The notes: generated by a model from the sequence alone, not told the origin. Counted from the whole stretch's first letter, positions 11,028-24,617 are shown. The stretch is DNA of 58,919 nucleotides, filler included, from Nemertoderma westbladi (GCA_032718475.1; 3 parts of 3 records of this genome joined end to end with filler, not necessarily neighbours in it), one strand, 5' to 3'. Numbers and translations are program-made.

Positions 11028-13595
11028 CAGTAGATACCGGCACAGTAATGGCACAGTAGATACCGGCACAGTAATGGCACAGTAGATACCGAAACAGTAA
11101 TGGCACAGTAGGTAAAGGTACCGGCACAGTAGATAGCGGCACAGTAGGTACCGGCACAGTAATGGCACAGGAGATAGCGGCACAGTAGGTACCGGCACAG
11201 TAATGGCACAGTAGATAGCGGCACAGTAGGTACCGGCACAGTAATGGCACAGTAGATATCCGCACAGTAGGTAACAGCACTGTAATGGTACAGTAGGTAC
11301 CGGTAAAGTAATGGCACAGTAGATGCCGAAACAGTAATGGCACAGTAGGTAAAGGTACCGGCACAGTAGATAGCGGCACAGTAGGTACCGGCACAGTAAT
11401 GGCACAGTAGATACCGGCACAGTAGGTACAGACACAGTAATGGCACAGTAGGTACCGGCACAGTAATGGCACAGTAGATACCGAAACAGTAATGGCACAG
11501 TAGGTAAAGGTACCGGCACAGTAGATAGCGGCACAGTAGATAGCGGCACAGTAGGTACCGGCACAGTAATGGCACAGTAGATATCCGCACAGTAGGTAAC
11601 AACACTGTAATGGCACAGTAGGTACCGGTAAAGTAATGGCACAGTAGGTACAGACACAGTAATGGCACAGCAGATACCGAAACAGTAATGGCACAGTAGG
11701 TAAAGGTACCGGCACAGTAGATAGCGGCACAGTAGATAGCGACACAGTAGGTACAGACACAGTAATGGCACAGTAGGTACCGGCACAGTAATGGCACAGT
11801 AGATACCGGCACACTAATGGCACAGTAGGTAAAGGTACCGGCACAGTAGGTACCGGCACAGTAATGGCACAGTAGATAGCGACACAGTAGGTACCGGCAC
11901 AGTAATGGCACAGTAGATAGCGGCACAGTAGGTACCGGTACAGTAATGGCACAGTAGATATCCGCACAGTAGGTAACAGCACTGTAATGGCACAGTAGGT
12001 ACCGGTAAAGTAATGGCACAGTAGATACCGAAACAGTAATGGCACAGTAGGTAAAGGTACCGGCACAGTAGATAGCGGCACAGTAGGTACCGGCACAGTA
12101 ATGGCACAGTAGATATCCACACAGTAGGTAACAGCTCTGTAATGGCACAGTAGGTACCGGTAAAGTAATGGCACAGTAGATACCGGCACAGTAGGTACAG
12201 ACACAGTAATGGCAGAGTAGGTACCGGCACAGTAATGGCACAGTAGATACCGAAACAGTAATGGCACAGTAGGTAAAGGTACCGGCACAGTAGATAGCGG
12301 CACAGTAGGTACCGGCACACTAATGGCACAGTAGATATCCGCACAGTAGGTAACAGCACTGTAATGGCACAGTAGGTACCGGAAAGTAATGGCACAGTAG
12401 ATAGCCGCACAGTAGGAAACAGCACTGTATTGGCACAGTAGGTACCGGTAAAGTAATGGCACAGTAGGTACCGAAACAGTAATGGCACAGTAGGTACCGG
12501 CATAGTAATGGCACAGTAGGTACCGGCACAGTAGATACCCGCACAGTAGGAAACAGCACTGTAATGGCACAGTAGGTACCGGTAAAGTAATGGCACAGTA
12601 GGTACCAGCACAGTAACGGCATAGTAGGTACCGGCACAGTAATGGCACAGTAGATATCCGCACAGTAGGTAACAGCACTGTAATGGCACAGTAGGTACCG
12701 GTAAAGTAATGGCACAGTAGATACCGAAACAGTAATGGCACAGTAGGTAAAGGTACCGGCACAGTAGATAGCGGCACAGTAGATAGCGACACAGTAGGTA
12801 CAGACACAGTAATGGCACAGTAGGTACCGGCACAGTAGATACCGGCACAGTAGATACCGGCACAGTAAATACCGGCACAGTAATGGCACAGTAGGTACCG
12901 GCACAGTAGGTCCCGGCACAGTAATGGCACAGTAGGTACCGGCACAGTAGATAGCGGCACATTAGATAGCGACACAGTAGGTACAGACACAGTAATGGCA
13001 CAGTAGGTACCGGCACAGTAATGGCACAGTAGGTACCGGCACAGTAGGTACCGGCACAGTAATGGCACAGTAGGTACTGGCACAGTAGATAGCGGCACAG
13101 TAGATAGCTACACAGTAGGTACAGACACAGTAATGGCACAGTAGGTACCGGCACAGTAATGGCACAGTAGGTACCGGCACAGTAGGTACCAGCACAGTAA
13201 TGGCACAGTAATGGCACAGTAGGTACCGGCACAGTAATGGCACAGTAGGTACCGGCACAGTAGGTACCAGCACAGTAATGGCACAGTAGGTACCGGCACA
13301 GTAATGGCACAGTAGGTACCGGCACAGTAGGTAACAGCACAGTAATGGCACAGTAGGTACCAGCACAGTAGATAGCGGCACAGTAGGTACCGGCACAGTA
13401 GGTACCAGCACAGTAATGGCACAGTAGATACCGGCACAGAAATGGCGCAGAAGGTAAAGGTACCGGCACAGTAATGGCACAGTAGATAGCGACCCAGTAG
13501 GTACAGACACAGTAATGGCACAGTAGATACCGGCACAGTAGGTAAAGGTACCGGCACAGTAGTTACCGGCACAGTAGATAAAGGTACCGGCACAT
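11028..13595. repeat. Modular minisatellite built from 11-, 15- and 21-bp units sharing GCACAGTA
   Basis: Units CAGTAATGGCA, CAGTAG(A/G)TACCGGCA, CAGTAGATAGCGGCA and CAGTAGGTAAAGGTACCGGCA in recurring combinations. Ends ~45 bp from the SNX donor at 13641. Confidence 0.95.
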
Positions 13596-13642
13596 AAGGT
13601 AACCCGCGCGTAACGTTATTAGATACGGAGTAAGTAACTAAC

Positions 13643-13838
13643 CTTTCTCCTCTCGTATTAACCGCGAAGCCACTCTCTCTATGTTCGATAGCTTGTTCCC
13701 TAGATTAGTGGAGTATTCATTGAGCTCCTCGAAGTCAGCCAACCTTGTCTTCAGCATGTAACTAGCTGCGTGAGTCTTCATAGAAACCCCGAGTCTGCCA
13801 AACATACCAGTGGACATTTTCTTGGCTTGGTACAGCTC
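13643..13838 (-). CDS. SNX7/SNX30: Sorting nexin SNX7/SNX30-like exon (post-PX linker and start of BAR)
   Basis: Acceptor ttttccgtag, donor gttagt, 196 bp, phase 0/1. Encodes ELYQAKKMSTGMFGRLGVSMKTHAASYMLKTRLADFEELNEYSTNLGNKLSNIERVASRLIREEK, resembling SNX7/30 'ELSSHKKQGPGLLSRMG...IDRIAQRIIKEE'. Phase matches the 5995-6197 exon. Confidence 0.9.
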
Positions 13839-13969
13839 CTACGGAAAATTATCCACATATAAGATACATTATAAACGCAGTAATACACGAAGTGGGGCCT
13901 CCACGCAGCACGTGACATAAAGTTGGAGGGGGCCTTCACGCAGCACGTGATATAAAGTTAGTTATATTA

Positions 13970-14969
13970 AGTGTCAACTCGAAATAATCTATGCAGATGT
14001 CCCCTATTCACTTTATCACCTAGAGTTAGACTGGGTAACTGGGGTCGATTTAAGACCTCACAAAAATCGAGTCTAAGGTCTAGAATATATGTCCGAAGTA
14101 TTAATCAGGGAGAAGGGATTATAAAAGGATGGATGGTCTACGGTCTAGCATGTACAGTATATCTACCAAGATTCAGATTGAACGGAAAACAAATAACGGA
14201 ATGAGAGAAGGAATTCACTTTCAGACATTTCGACCTCTAGCGGCAAACTATATAGGCGTAGATGGAGTACCTCCAAAGAAAGAAGCAGTCAGATTTCTAG
14301 TATATAATATGTAAAGTTTCAGTTTAAACTGATAAAAATCAAGGAAACGGTGGAAGGTTTTCACTTTCTGGCATTTCGCCCTCTAGTGACAGGCGGGAGA
14401 ACTGTGGACCGATCACCTTCTTCACAAAGACGAAACATGTGGTATAGTACATATATGCCAAGATTCAGCATAAACTAATTAAATCACGGAAATGGGAGAA
14501 GGTTATCATTTTCATATATTTCGCCCTCTAGCGGTAGACTGGAGAACTGAAGAATGATTACCAATATCTGATAAGTCTCTGCTTGTACGGATCATGATAA
14601 CTGAATCAAAGATTACACTTTCAGACGTTTCGCCTTCTAGCGGCAGATTGGAGAACTGCAGAAGGATTAACCTCCTATAAAAGACACGCCTGAATTGCGT
14701 GGCTCGCCCCAAATCCACACAAATCGTGATTTTGCCGGCCTCAGCTTTAGACAAAAACTACCCAGTCTCCACAGGTTCGTTATATGTTTGCTATGGTTGT
14801 TTAAGATGCACTTGCAATCCATATCACAATGTGGAGCAAGGGGACACATCTGGAATATAACTCACATTATACTTCCCAGGCTGTTGTCTATAACGCTGAT
14901 TAATCCCCCAAGGAAAGTAATAATTACCGAAACCCTGGAAACTGAATTCGCGCAGGAATGCATCTATTG
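13970..14969. mobile_element. Degenerate non-autonomous element with ~115-145-bp internal repeats (Helentron/HINE-like)
   Basis: TTCACTTTCAGACATTTCG(A/C)CCTCTAGCGG-like motif recurs near 14215, 14360, 14505 and 14615. Confidence 0.45.
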
Positions 14970-16526
14970 AAGGATAACTGATTGATTGGGAGTGGGGAGG
15001 GGGAGGGGGGGGGGGATACCCGACCGACTCAAACCAATCAGCGACAATAATTCCGGAATAGAAGTCGGGCGGCCGATTATCGCCGTGTGAGTGCCGTCGC
15101 TTGTGCCATCGCCGTGTGAGACGCTTCCGTAAGCAATTGCCGTACAAGAGGAGGGGGTGTAATGAGGTTGTGGAGAGGTGTACAGGGGCTGTGGAGAGGT
15201 GTAATGAGGCTCCTGGCTGGAGGGTGTAATAAGGTTACCTTTTTACCTTTTAGGTCTTTTTACCGCTAGTACCTACTACAGTAGCCTTGTGGTTAAACCA
15301 TTATCGCAACAGGTAACACTTGGGATTGCTTTGCTATTCCTAATTTAATAACTGCAAATGTCAACCACATTTATCATCATAAAGGTCATATCAACTTTAT
15401 TCCAATGTGTGTGACATGAAACTATGTTTATGAACTTTTGGAAGAACCATGAGTGATTCTCTAAAGTAAACCCTCTCTATCTCTCTGTTCCACGAGTTAC
15501 CATGGTTCCCATTTATCTAACCTAATAAATTGTTTGCATAATCCCACATATCATTTATAACAAATGAAAATATTTGCCCTAGTAGCTTAGTGTGTCTAAA
15601 GTTCACTATGAGTAGAGTTCGGTTTAAAATACAACTATTTACATGTCCAGTTTAATTTCATACAATTTATTATAATTTTCATAAAAGAAAACGTTTGTTT
15701 CAAAGTTCTTAAATACATTTTGTTTTTAATTGTATTTTGGCTAAACACCGTCGGCATTGCCTACTCATAATAATTACAACAAGTTGAAGGTAACAACAAA
15801 AATGCATCTTCGTCTTAAAAAGGCAAAAGAAACATTATAAATTAAATAGATCAATATAATATATCTCCATCCACCCCCCCCCCCCCCCCCCCCCCCCCCC
15901 CAAATAACACTTCTGCAAATCTTTTAAGAATGCACCATGTTGCCAGGCAATATGGGTGTTCACTGTTCGACCGAATCACTGTTTCACGTTATGAATAGTA
16001 ATCGTTCTGGGAGGGGTGTGCTGATGTACAGGAAGCAGTATGATACTGTATAGAAGGCAAGTAAGTGAATAAAAGCTAGTAGTAATCGCGCTTCCATCAA
16101 TCAGCTAGCCCCAGTACAGCCAACCGCCAGGCAAAGGATCTAAACATCCCAGCCTCTTAATATTTTAAAGGGAGCAGATGCTACACCAGTGTACACAGAG
16201 AATTTAGTACGACGTCAACAGGCAGCTGGGAATCCTTTCAAATCAGATTCCTTATATACAATATAGATAAGCCAGTAGCTATCAGATTCTTTCCATTTTA
16301 TATTCCTAAGTAAAAATAGCTCGTTACATTTTTAATTCAACGTTATTACTTACAATGTCAGAATGTAAGCAGTAAGTGAAGTTGCACAATCGTTTGATTG
16401 AAGTACAGCTAGTTATTTGTTATTTTGTTCTCATAGATAGAGATAGTGTAGCTAATTCCAATTAAGCATTGCGGATACACACCCAACGCCATATTATCGG
16501 ATATATACACATACACACGCGCCCGG

Positions 16527-16677
16527 TATAATATAAAGAGGAGGCAACCCAGCAACGGAAACCTTGGCAACTATCGATGAATCTTGAGGAAACAACACCT
16601 GCTCCCGCCTGTCCTCAGTAATGCGTTATTGCTGCTCCTGTCCCCATCGGAACGGACTACTCACACTACTGAGAAGG
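16527..16677 (+). promoter_or_regulatory. Possible TATA promoter and non-coding first exon of the calcineurin B gene
   Basis: TATAAA at 16532-16537, then a more GC-rich stretch ending AAGG|GTATTT. A matching acceptor (tctatacag) ends at 18435, 40 nt before the ATG. Inferred only. Confidence 0.3.
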
Positions 16678-18475
16678 GTATTTAATTAACCAGCATTTCA
16701 TCTACTTTCATTGTAGATGCTATTTATTTGCACAGCGAATTGCTTTATGTTATTACAATTAGTTTTCATTTAAGTATTAATTATTATTATTTAATTTTAA
16801 TTAGTTAAAATAAAATAATAATTTGTTTGCGGGATATTGCGGCGCTGTTTTGCCTTTCTGACTCCGGTTTCTCGAGTAGCAAACAAAACATAAAGACCAG
16901 CTGATCACAGATTGCATGCATCTTCTGGGTCCGCAGTAATTACCCCTTACCTGCAATTATAATATCGAGAAATTTTATCGAAAATAAAGGAATTTATGGC
17001 AGCCAAAAAGACCTTACCCTTCAAAAAGTATGACATCATAAAAAATATTTCGAAACTCAAAATCCAAACAGAGGATCAACATTAATCTGCAGCGCCCCCC
17101 TGTGCAGTAGTGCCAATAAAGGGGTCAACAATGAAAGCAAAACTAGTGAGGGTCAACTTGTATAAACTTAATCTTAGCAGTAATCCCTGTTAAACTCTTG
17201 AGTAAATTAGTACTAACTTTATTAAAGGAAGGTAACTTAGTGTAAGTGATTGACTCTTTGACTTTGAGGACGGCACACCTCTTTGTATAAAATATCGAAT
17301 AACGGTATATTAATACATAGTCTTAATTACCCCTTTGAAAATTTGCCAAAACTAAACGATGTTTCTCTAAAAAAATATCTACCACTGCCAATCTTTTAAT
17401 TATACATTGCCTTATGTGTATGCAGCCCATTAATGATGTTACTACAATAGTTATAAGTTTATTAATTAACATTGATTCATTGTTATTTCATTTTAATTAT
17501 GTATGAATAGATGGCGTCAATGCCACCTGACATTTTGTTTAGCATATTTTGTGATATTTTGTGATATTTTATAAGACTTTATAAGTATATATACCGTATA
17601 ATTGTAAATATATGTAAATAAAATGTAACTATATTATTATATTTATAAAATATTATGGAGGAGAGCAATTTTGGGTTGAGATAATACAATGAGACGGTCG
17701 TCGTCGCATGTCAAATTCAAATCTACAACTAAAAGAATCACTCTATACGGCTAGTATAAGCCATAAAATGTGTTTACATTAACAGTTTGGGCTCGAGATA
17801 GAGTTCTATAATAGAGACCTTATTATTTTAAAAACTAAAATATAGATGAATTCCTCTTATAGTGGCGCAAATTAATTGAACCCAAGTGAAATTAACTCGT
17901 TAATTATTTTGGTTAGAAAACAACACCACTGTGACCTGCTCCTTTCCCTTATGTAGTAAATTACATTTAATTAAGATACAGTAGAACGTTATTCTAAGAA
18001 CCAAAACAATAAACTAAACTCAATAGAACAGTTTTATTTTTAGAAGTTAATCAGCTGTTATTTACGTCGGTTTTCCCCTGGAGTGCGATGAATTTTGATT
18101 GCGTCGCAAATCCCCCCCCCCCCCTCCCCCCATCTATGTATTTGATTTAGCTCGTTTTGGGGCGTATGAATATAACATGATAATAATTTACATACCGGAG
18201 TTATAATTAATAATAATAATTATGTTACGTAAAACTCATCCAAGGTAGGATGCTACATTAAATTTTAATTTAACTACAAATGATATAGTTATATGTATTT
18301 ACTTACAGAATTTACAATAATATATACTTGATAAATATTGCGCGCTTTGAAATGTTACTTTCTATTTATATATGTTAACACTAGCGACTAGCAGGCGAAT
18401 AATAAACATTTTTATTTAATTTATTGTCTATACAGTTAGAAGAAACAAGAAGTCAAGCACATACACCCAGTTGCT

Positions 18476-18926
18476 ATGGGCAACGAGAACTCGCTACCGT
18501 CCGAACTGTGCACAAACTTCGACGCGGACGAGATTCGTCGTCTCGGTAAGCGATTCCGCAAGTTGGACATCGATAATTCCGGGTCGCTCTCCCTCGACGA
18601 GTTCATGACGGTCCCGGAACTGCAGCAGAACCCGCTGGCCAACCGACTCATCGAGACGTTCGACGCCGACGGCAACGGGGAAGTCGACTTCAAGGAGTTT
18701 ATCAATGGAATCAGCCAATTCTCCGTGAAAGGAGCGAAAGAAGCGAAACTGAAGTTCGCCTTTAGGATATACGATATGGATAAAGATGGGTTTATATCCA
18801 ACGGGGAATTGTTTCAAGTACTTAAGATGATGGTTGGGAGTAACTTAAAGGACAGTCAACTGCAACAGATCGTAGATAAGACGATAACTTACGCTGATAA
18901 GGACGGCGACGGGAAAATAAACTACG
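18476..18926 (+). CDS. PPP3R1/CanB: Calcineurin subunit B (4 EF-hands), intronless CDS, truncated by the contig end
   Basis: MGNENS myristoylation start, [24 protein letters not shown]; EF-hands DIDNSG, DADGNG, DMDKDG, DKDGDG. Confidence 0.97.
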
Positions 18927-19026
18927 NNNNNNNNNNNNNNNNNNNNNNNNNNNNNNNNNNNNNNNNNNNNTTAATTAATTAANNNNNNNNNNNNNNNNNN
19001 NNNNNNNNNNNNNNNNNNNNNNNNNN
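18927..19026. other. Artificial contig spacer
   Basis: N44 + TTAATTAATTAA (stops in six frames) + N44. Confidence 0.97.
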
Positions 19027-19714
19027 CGTAAGAAACAAGATGATACTATCTAGTATCTATTGATCAATTTGCTTATTTTCAAAAATTTGGCGCTGGCACA
19101 AAAAATGTTCACCCACCTCCGAAAAATAAAAGTTTGAGAACTCTTATGCAATTTTTATTTTTCCATTGAATTCAAAATCCTCAAAAACCCGTAAAACGCA
19201 AGAAACAAGGTGACACAATGAATTTATTGATATATTTGATGGGTTTGCTGGTGCAACTGGTATACATTCCATCGAAACCAGAACTCTAAAAGATCCCTAT
19301 TGCGTAAAAAACATGTTCAAACAATACATTTACAAAATTGACATATTTCAAAATTTGTTGCTGGCACTAAAATTTTGCACCGGCGAATAAATCAAGTTTG
19401 AAATTTCTAGCTTATTTTATATGAATTCCATCTAATTGCAAACACCAAAAAACGGTCTAAATCAAAAATAGAAATGTTACAACTCATATTTCATAAAATG
19501 TAATTTTCAAAAAAACGTCTCAAAATACGTGCCAAATGTAGGGTTAAAAAGTGGTGCTATAACTCGAAAACTATTTTAAAAAACGGGATCTACTATTAGG
19601 AAGACAATAGATTTTTAGGAAAAGTCATTAAATTTTAGATTCCCAACAGCGTTTGTTTTAGAGTTATAACAAAAACCACGGGGGGTCATATTGACGCCCC
19701 TTTTAATAATAGGG
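19027..19714 (-). mobile_element. Partial copy of the non-autonomous piggyBac family also present at 24618-26183
   Basis: Reverse-complement similarity to ~24618-25540 (e.g. GGGGGTCATATTGAC, TAGGAAGACAATAGATTTTTAGGAAAAGTCAT). Ends near AATAGGG. Confidence 0.75.
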
Positions 19715-21538
19715 GCGAATAGGGGGGTCATCAATTGACGCCCCCCCCCCCCCGCCCCACGAGGGGGGGGGGGGGGGGGCGTGTCTGCCTTTTATTCATT
19801 AGGGGGGGGGGGGTCTGCCTTTTATACATGGGGGGGGGGGGGGGTGGTCAGCCTTTTATACATGGAGGGAGGTCTGCCTTTTAACCAGGTTTGTTTTATA
19901 CACTAACAATAAACTATATACTATTTCATGGTTAGCATTCTGAAAGATATTTTGTGGTTCATTCAAAGGATGATTTCCAAATTAGCTTAAAGTTATAAGC
20001 TTAATTTTAATTATGGGTTTGGTCTTTGTAATACGAGTAGCATGTGCCGTCATGAAAGTTTATTACTCGTCTTAACTGAATTAGGCCTTGGCTTTCACTA
20101 GTTAATTACATGTCATGGGAAAAAGATCACATACACTGTAAAATCATCCATCATACTAAATCCACCATTACTGCGGCAAATTCAACAATTAAATCGCCTG
20201 CAACACACATGACCTAACTTTATTTCTCCTCAGAAGGGTAGTTATTGTATGTGGCAGCCATGAAATAAGATCCATGTACCATTGTGTTTGAGCGGTTTTT
20301 CGATTCATCAAGTACGTTCATTGGATTGGTTCTATGGCTAACTGCAGGCAGTCACAGTACAAGGCTGTACTTCTCCAGGGAAGCAGTATCCAGCACGTTT
20401 TCAAAGACAATGACCTTAAACTATTTTCCATTGGCCTGTTTCATCATCAGCAACACAAAATTATTACATTCACCTACAATCAGATAATATTCAATTATTT
20501 GCCGAAAAGCCGCATTGAAAGAAAAATAAATATTGAAATTGACTAACTAGTACCTAATTTCATCCAAGATTTTACTATGGTTTTTGTGGGTATAGGTTGA
20601 CATCATCAACGTTTATATCGGCCGTAGAATGCATTTAATCTGCGACATGCCGACTTCGTGGCATCCATTATTGAATTGAAGTATTGGGTTTAAAGCAGGA
20701 GTTTTACTGCCCCGTTTACTACAAAACTGAAGGGTGTGGATCGTGTAGGTGTGATTAATTAATATCGTGATAATACGGGTTGTTGTTAACCAATATTTGG
20801 AAAAAATTACTTAACGTATATTTAAAAAAAAAATTCGCATTTAATGTTCAATGTTCTATTTGTTCTTGTAGCACAAAACGTTTAAAGTTCTGGTTGCGTT
20901 TGTTGTTTTGATATTAATCTAATGAATAGTTATATAAAAATATGTCAATATACTAGTTAAAAGTGAACGTTGTGAAAGAGAAAGGTGTGGGATTTAATTG
21001 TTAGGGAATCGTGGCTAGCAATCAGGATGTGCGTGCAATGTACTGCAGTACTCTATCAGTATATACCGCATTATACATTTTGGTGTTTTGGTGTAAGACT
21101 ACCGGCATACTAGACTAGTATGCATCGCCGACCTGTCCCCGCAACGGAACACCACAGTTCGCGATCAGTCCTATAAATCCCTTATTAATCAGCATTATAA
21201 AGACCATTGTCTTTTACCAGATCTTTGAGGAGTGGCAATGATGGTGAATATGTTTGTAACAGTGCCTTTATATGTTGCGGCTGCCTATTGTGGTTGTTTC
21301 TAGGGAGAATGGACTGGACACATTTCGCTTTTGTTTAGTCAGAACCAGATGATACACATGGACCCCCATTTACTCTGACAATGCATATCTAATTATTTAG
21401 ATTATGAGTGTGGGAGTTTTCATTTTTATACATTCCAATTTCGGCATCTAATCGCTTCCTATTCACGATGATATTTATTTTTTAAAATCTTTTTTCCGCA
21501 ATTTTGTCATCTTTATTGGCTTGTAATTTATATCTTAG

Positions 21539-21697
21539 ATGGATTCAGTAGCAAAGACATTATCTATTATTGGAAGAGAGATCCTACAGACGAGGATGAC
21601 TCTAGGGAACCAGTTGATGGCTGGAAGGGCAGGAAAACAGCCCAATTTCAGTTGCTCAGCATAAATCTAACTGACAATGAAAGAAAAGGACATGTCG
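21539..21697 (+). CDS. Cys-loop ligand-gated chloride channel subunit (GABA/RDL-like), exon covering loops B, F and C
   Basis: Acceptor tcttag, donor gtaagc, phase 1/1. Encodes (Y)GFSSKDIIYYWKRD...VDGWKGRKTAQFQLLSINLTDNERKGHV(G), resembling 'YGYTTDDIEFYW...LPQF'. Confidence 0.82.
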
Positions 21698-21931
21698 GTA
21701 AGCAGCACATGAAATTTTACTCCATTGTAACATATTTTTGGAAATTGACCAACTGTTAAAGAGTAAATTATGTCTAAGCGTGTTTCTAGGAATGTACCAG
21801 TAGTACCTTATTGTAAACTATGAACTCATGTTCCATAAACTATTAAAATTATCTTTATAACATTATTCACCATACCCCGGAAAATATAGTCTTTATTCAG
21901 GTAAAAGCCCTACAAATCTTAAATAGAATTC

Positions 21932-23793
21932 GCGAGATTTGACCTCCCCCCCCCCCCCCCCCCACTCCGTGGGTGAGCCAGAATTTTTATTTTGGCTTTT
22001 ATTTTTTAGTTACAAGCGTTTGAAAAATGTCAATATTGCACACAACATTGCTGACAATATTGCACCAGTTACACTGTTGGTACTGATGGAAGGCAGGCCA
22101 TGGAAGGATTCCCAAATGCAACAATCTGAATTATTTTTTTAAATAATAAATAAATGGTGTTTAACTACAGCAAATACAATAAAATACATACAACATAAAA
22201 TACATTAGAAATGGAATCGGTTCAAGTCTGTAAGTACATTTTCGTCTCATCAACTTCTTCTTCCATCCAGCTCCACCATGGCCTACTATATTTATACGGC
22301 CTAACAGGTCACTTGAAGTGGCCTCTTAAAAAGAGGCCATTTTTTTACAATATTTTGAGATTTTGAAATGGGGAGAGAGTTCTATAAATTTTAATTTGCT
22401 GCAATTTGGTCAATGGACGTAATTGAAGTCTCTTTGTTAAGCCAGATACTAAATTTTATTGTAGCTAGAGTTTTAGGTAGGTTTAGCTAGTAATTTCAAA
22501 ACTTGGTTCCAACATCCTACTTCCCTCTATAAATATTTTGTAGTAGCTAGTTCTTCTTAATATTTGTATAGAAAATGTTCCAGAACAGGTTAGCTATCCA
22601 TTTTAAAAAAATATTATGTTCTAGATGTTTTCGCATGGAATCGTGTTTAAACCGTGTTTAAAATAAATTTTTTTTTTCACAATATTTTTTTCAGAATTTT
22701 TTTTATTGATTTTAAACACGTTTTAGAACGATTCCATACGTTTTAAACATATTCCAGATTTTTGTCTAAAAAATGTTCTAGAACATAATTTTTTTTTAAA
22801 AATGAATAGCTAACATGTTCTGAAATATTTTTTATACAAATAGTAATAAGAACTAGCTACTACAAAATATTTATAGAGGGAAGTAGGATGGGGGAGGCAG
22901 TGTTGAAATTACTAGCTAAACCTACCTCAAACACTAGCTACCATTTAGTATCTACTTTAATACCAATTTAGTATCTTGCTTAATAATGATAATAATAATA
23001 ATAAATATAACGTGGAGTCAATTACGTTGCAATTACATTGCAGCAAATGAAAATTTATAGAACTCTCTTTCCCCATATGAAAATATTTAAATATTTTAGA
23101 AAAAATTGGCCTCTTTTTAAGTGGTCACTTCAAGTGACCTGTTATTAGGCCGTATAACCATAGTAGGCTATGGCTGCACCATCGAATTGATTCGATCTGG
23201 GGCGATATACAAAAAAGTAGCCAAACCAGAGTCATTTTTTGGGAAAAAATGCAGTTTCTCAAAACCCAACATATGATATATATTTTGAAAGTTCAGAGTC
23301 CGTAGAATTCAATGCGAGTATTGGCCGACCTTAAATATGATCTGTAAAAAAATATACTGCTTGTCCCTTCCTGTCCACTTCTTGTAACCATTATTTTAAT
23401 AGGATAATTGGTTACAGGCGAGGGACACTTGTCGTCCCCCTGTAACCTTCAATGTAAATGTAATGAGAGCCGGGTTACAGGCGGTTACAGGTGGGGGGAC
23501 GTTTTATGGTACGACTGACACTGCCAAACACACATTCTAAATACTGCGTATGACCATTACACATCAAATGAAGCATTTTCAAGGACGATTTCAGAGCTGT
23601 TCATATCTCAGAAATTTATCAAATAAATTAGATTGTTACATATTTGGAATCATTGCATGGCCAACTTTTCATTAGTACCATGGAGTAATATCGTCACTTG
23701 TCACTTGTCACGAGTCACTTGTAGCTAAAGATTGAAAGCAAAATTAAAAATTCTGGCTCACTAAGCAAGGCTGAGGGAGGTGAAACTATCTCT
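21932..23793. mobile_element. Old TIR element hosting the second fold-back
   Basis: GTGAGCCAGAATTTTTATTTTGGCTTT (~21973) is inverted at ~23736-23762. GAGAT..TT(C/G)ACCTCCC motif at both ends. Confidence 0.55.
22277..23172. mobile_element. Second palindromic P-like fold-back element, related to 9930-10854
   Basis: Termini CATGGCCTACTAT...ATAGTAGGCTATG, 7-bp TSD GCTCCAC/GCTGCAC (one mismatch). Shares the ~750-bp palindromic core with the first copy. Confidence 0.82.
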
Positions 23794-23796
23794 GTT

Positions 23797-24560
23797 TCAC
23801 ATTTCATGCAATATCATTACGATTTGTATAAAAATTTGGGGAGTGGAATCCAGGTACCTGAATAAAGACACTATATTGAGGGGCGTGGTGTAAGATGGGT
23901 AAGCAAATGCAGATAGTTGTGTATAAATGGAAATTTGATCTGAATCTGTTTTCATATTTAATAATTCAATAGTTTCTATCACTCCCTCTTGAGATGTCAT
24001 TTCTATTATTATTTCCAAATGGGTTTTCAAGTAATTTCCGTTATTTATGAAGGAAGATTACGACCTGTGGTTTTAAATAAGTTTTAACTTAACTTGGATT
24101 TGTGGTCCAGTGGAGTAGGAAATACACCTGGCCATTGAATTGTTTCAACTTAATTTGTATTCATGGAAACCAAATAGAAAATATAATTAGTTGAATTATA
24201 TATGTAAGGAATGCTGGTTGCTCGAAAACTGTTCAAAGAAGAATTCTATTACTTCTATGAGATTGATCGGTTGGTGAAGGCAATTTCGCGGTGTGCACTC
24301 CTTTGAATTTATTTCCAGGGGGTTGTATGTATGTATAGTCAGATAATGAATATACAATACTGAACACAATGTAGGGACTTCGCTCTCCCACACTCAGTGA
24401 ACCTTAGCTTTCAGTTTTACGATTATACAAATAGGCATATCAGGCATGATAACTTTTGATAGAATATTTGATTGGGCTTTTCTCACCCTGTGAACTTTAG
24501 AAAATTATAAATTTATCGTCTATTACAAATAAACAAATTTTACAATGCCGATTTTACAAT
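23797..24560 (-). pseudogene. Heavily decayed piggyBac-like transposase fragment
   Basis: Minus-strand remnants FVIDDKFIIF and SPIKYSIKSY..YAYLYN resemble the piggyBac 'TIDE....F' and 'KP.KYGIK...GY.YN' motifs. Many stops and frameshifts. Confidence 0.3.
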
Positions 24561-24617
24561 ATGTACAATGCCGATTTGGCCTGTACTTAACTATATACTA
24601 GAAGGGCATTTCCTTAA

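Noticed and set aside
10977-13593. Multiple overlapping Cys/Tyr/Leu-rich ORFs up to 705 aa
   Set aside because: All three minus frames are open because the repeat words lack stops on that strand. 11-bp units shift frame constantly, and the region is an SNX intron.
18436-18817. Antisense ORFs over calcineurin B
   Set aside because: Shadow ORFs of a GC-rich coding sequence
20100-20520. Possible upstream Cys-loop exon or other gene fragment
   Set aside because: No C-x13-C motif with splice sites found; frames are interrupted and unidentifiable
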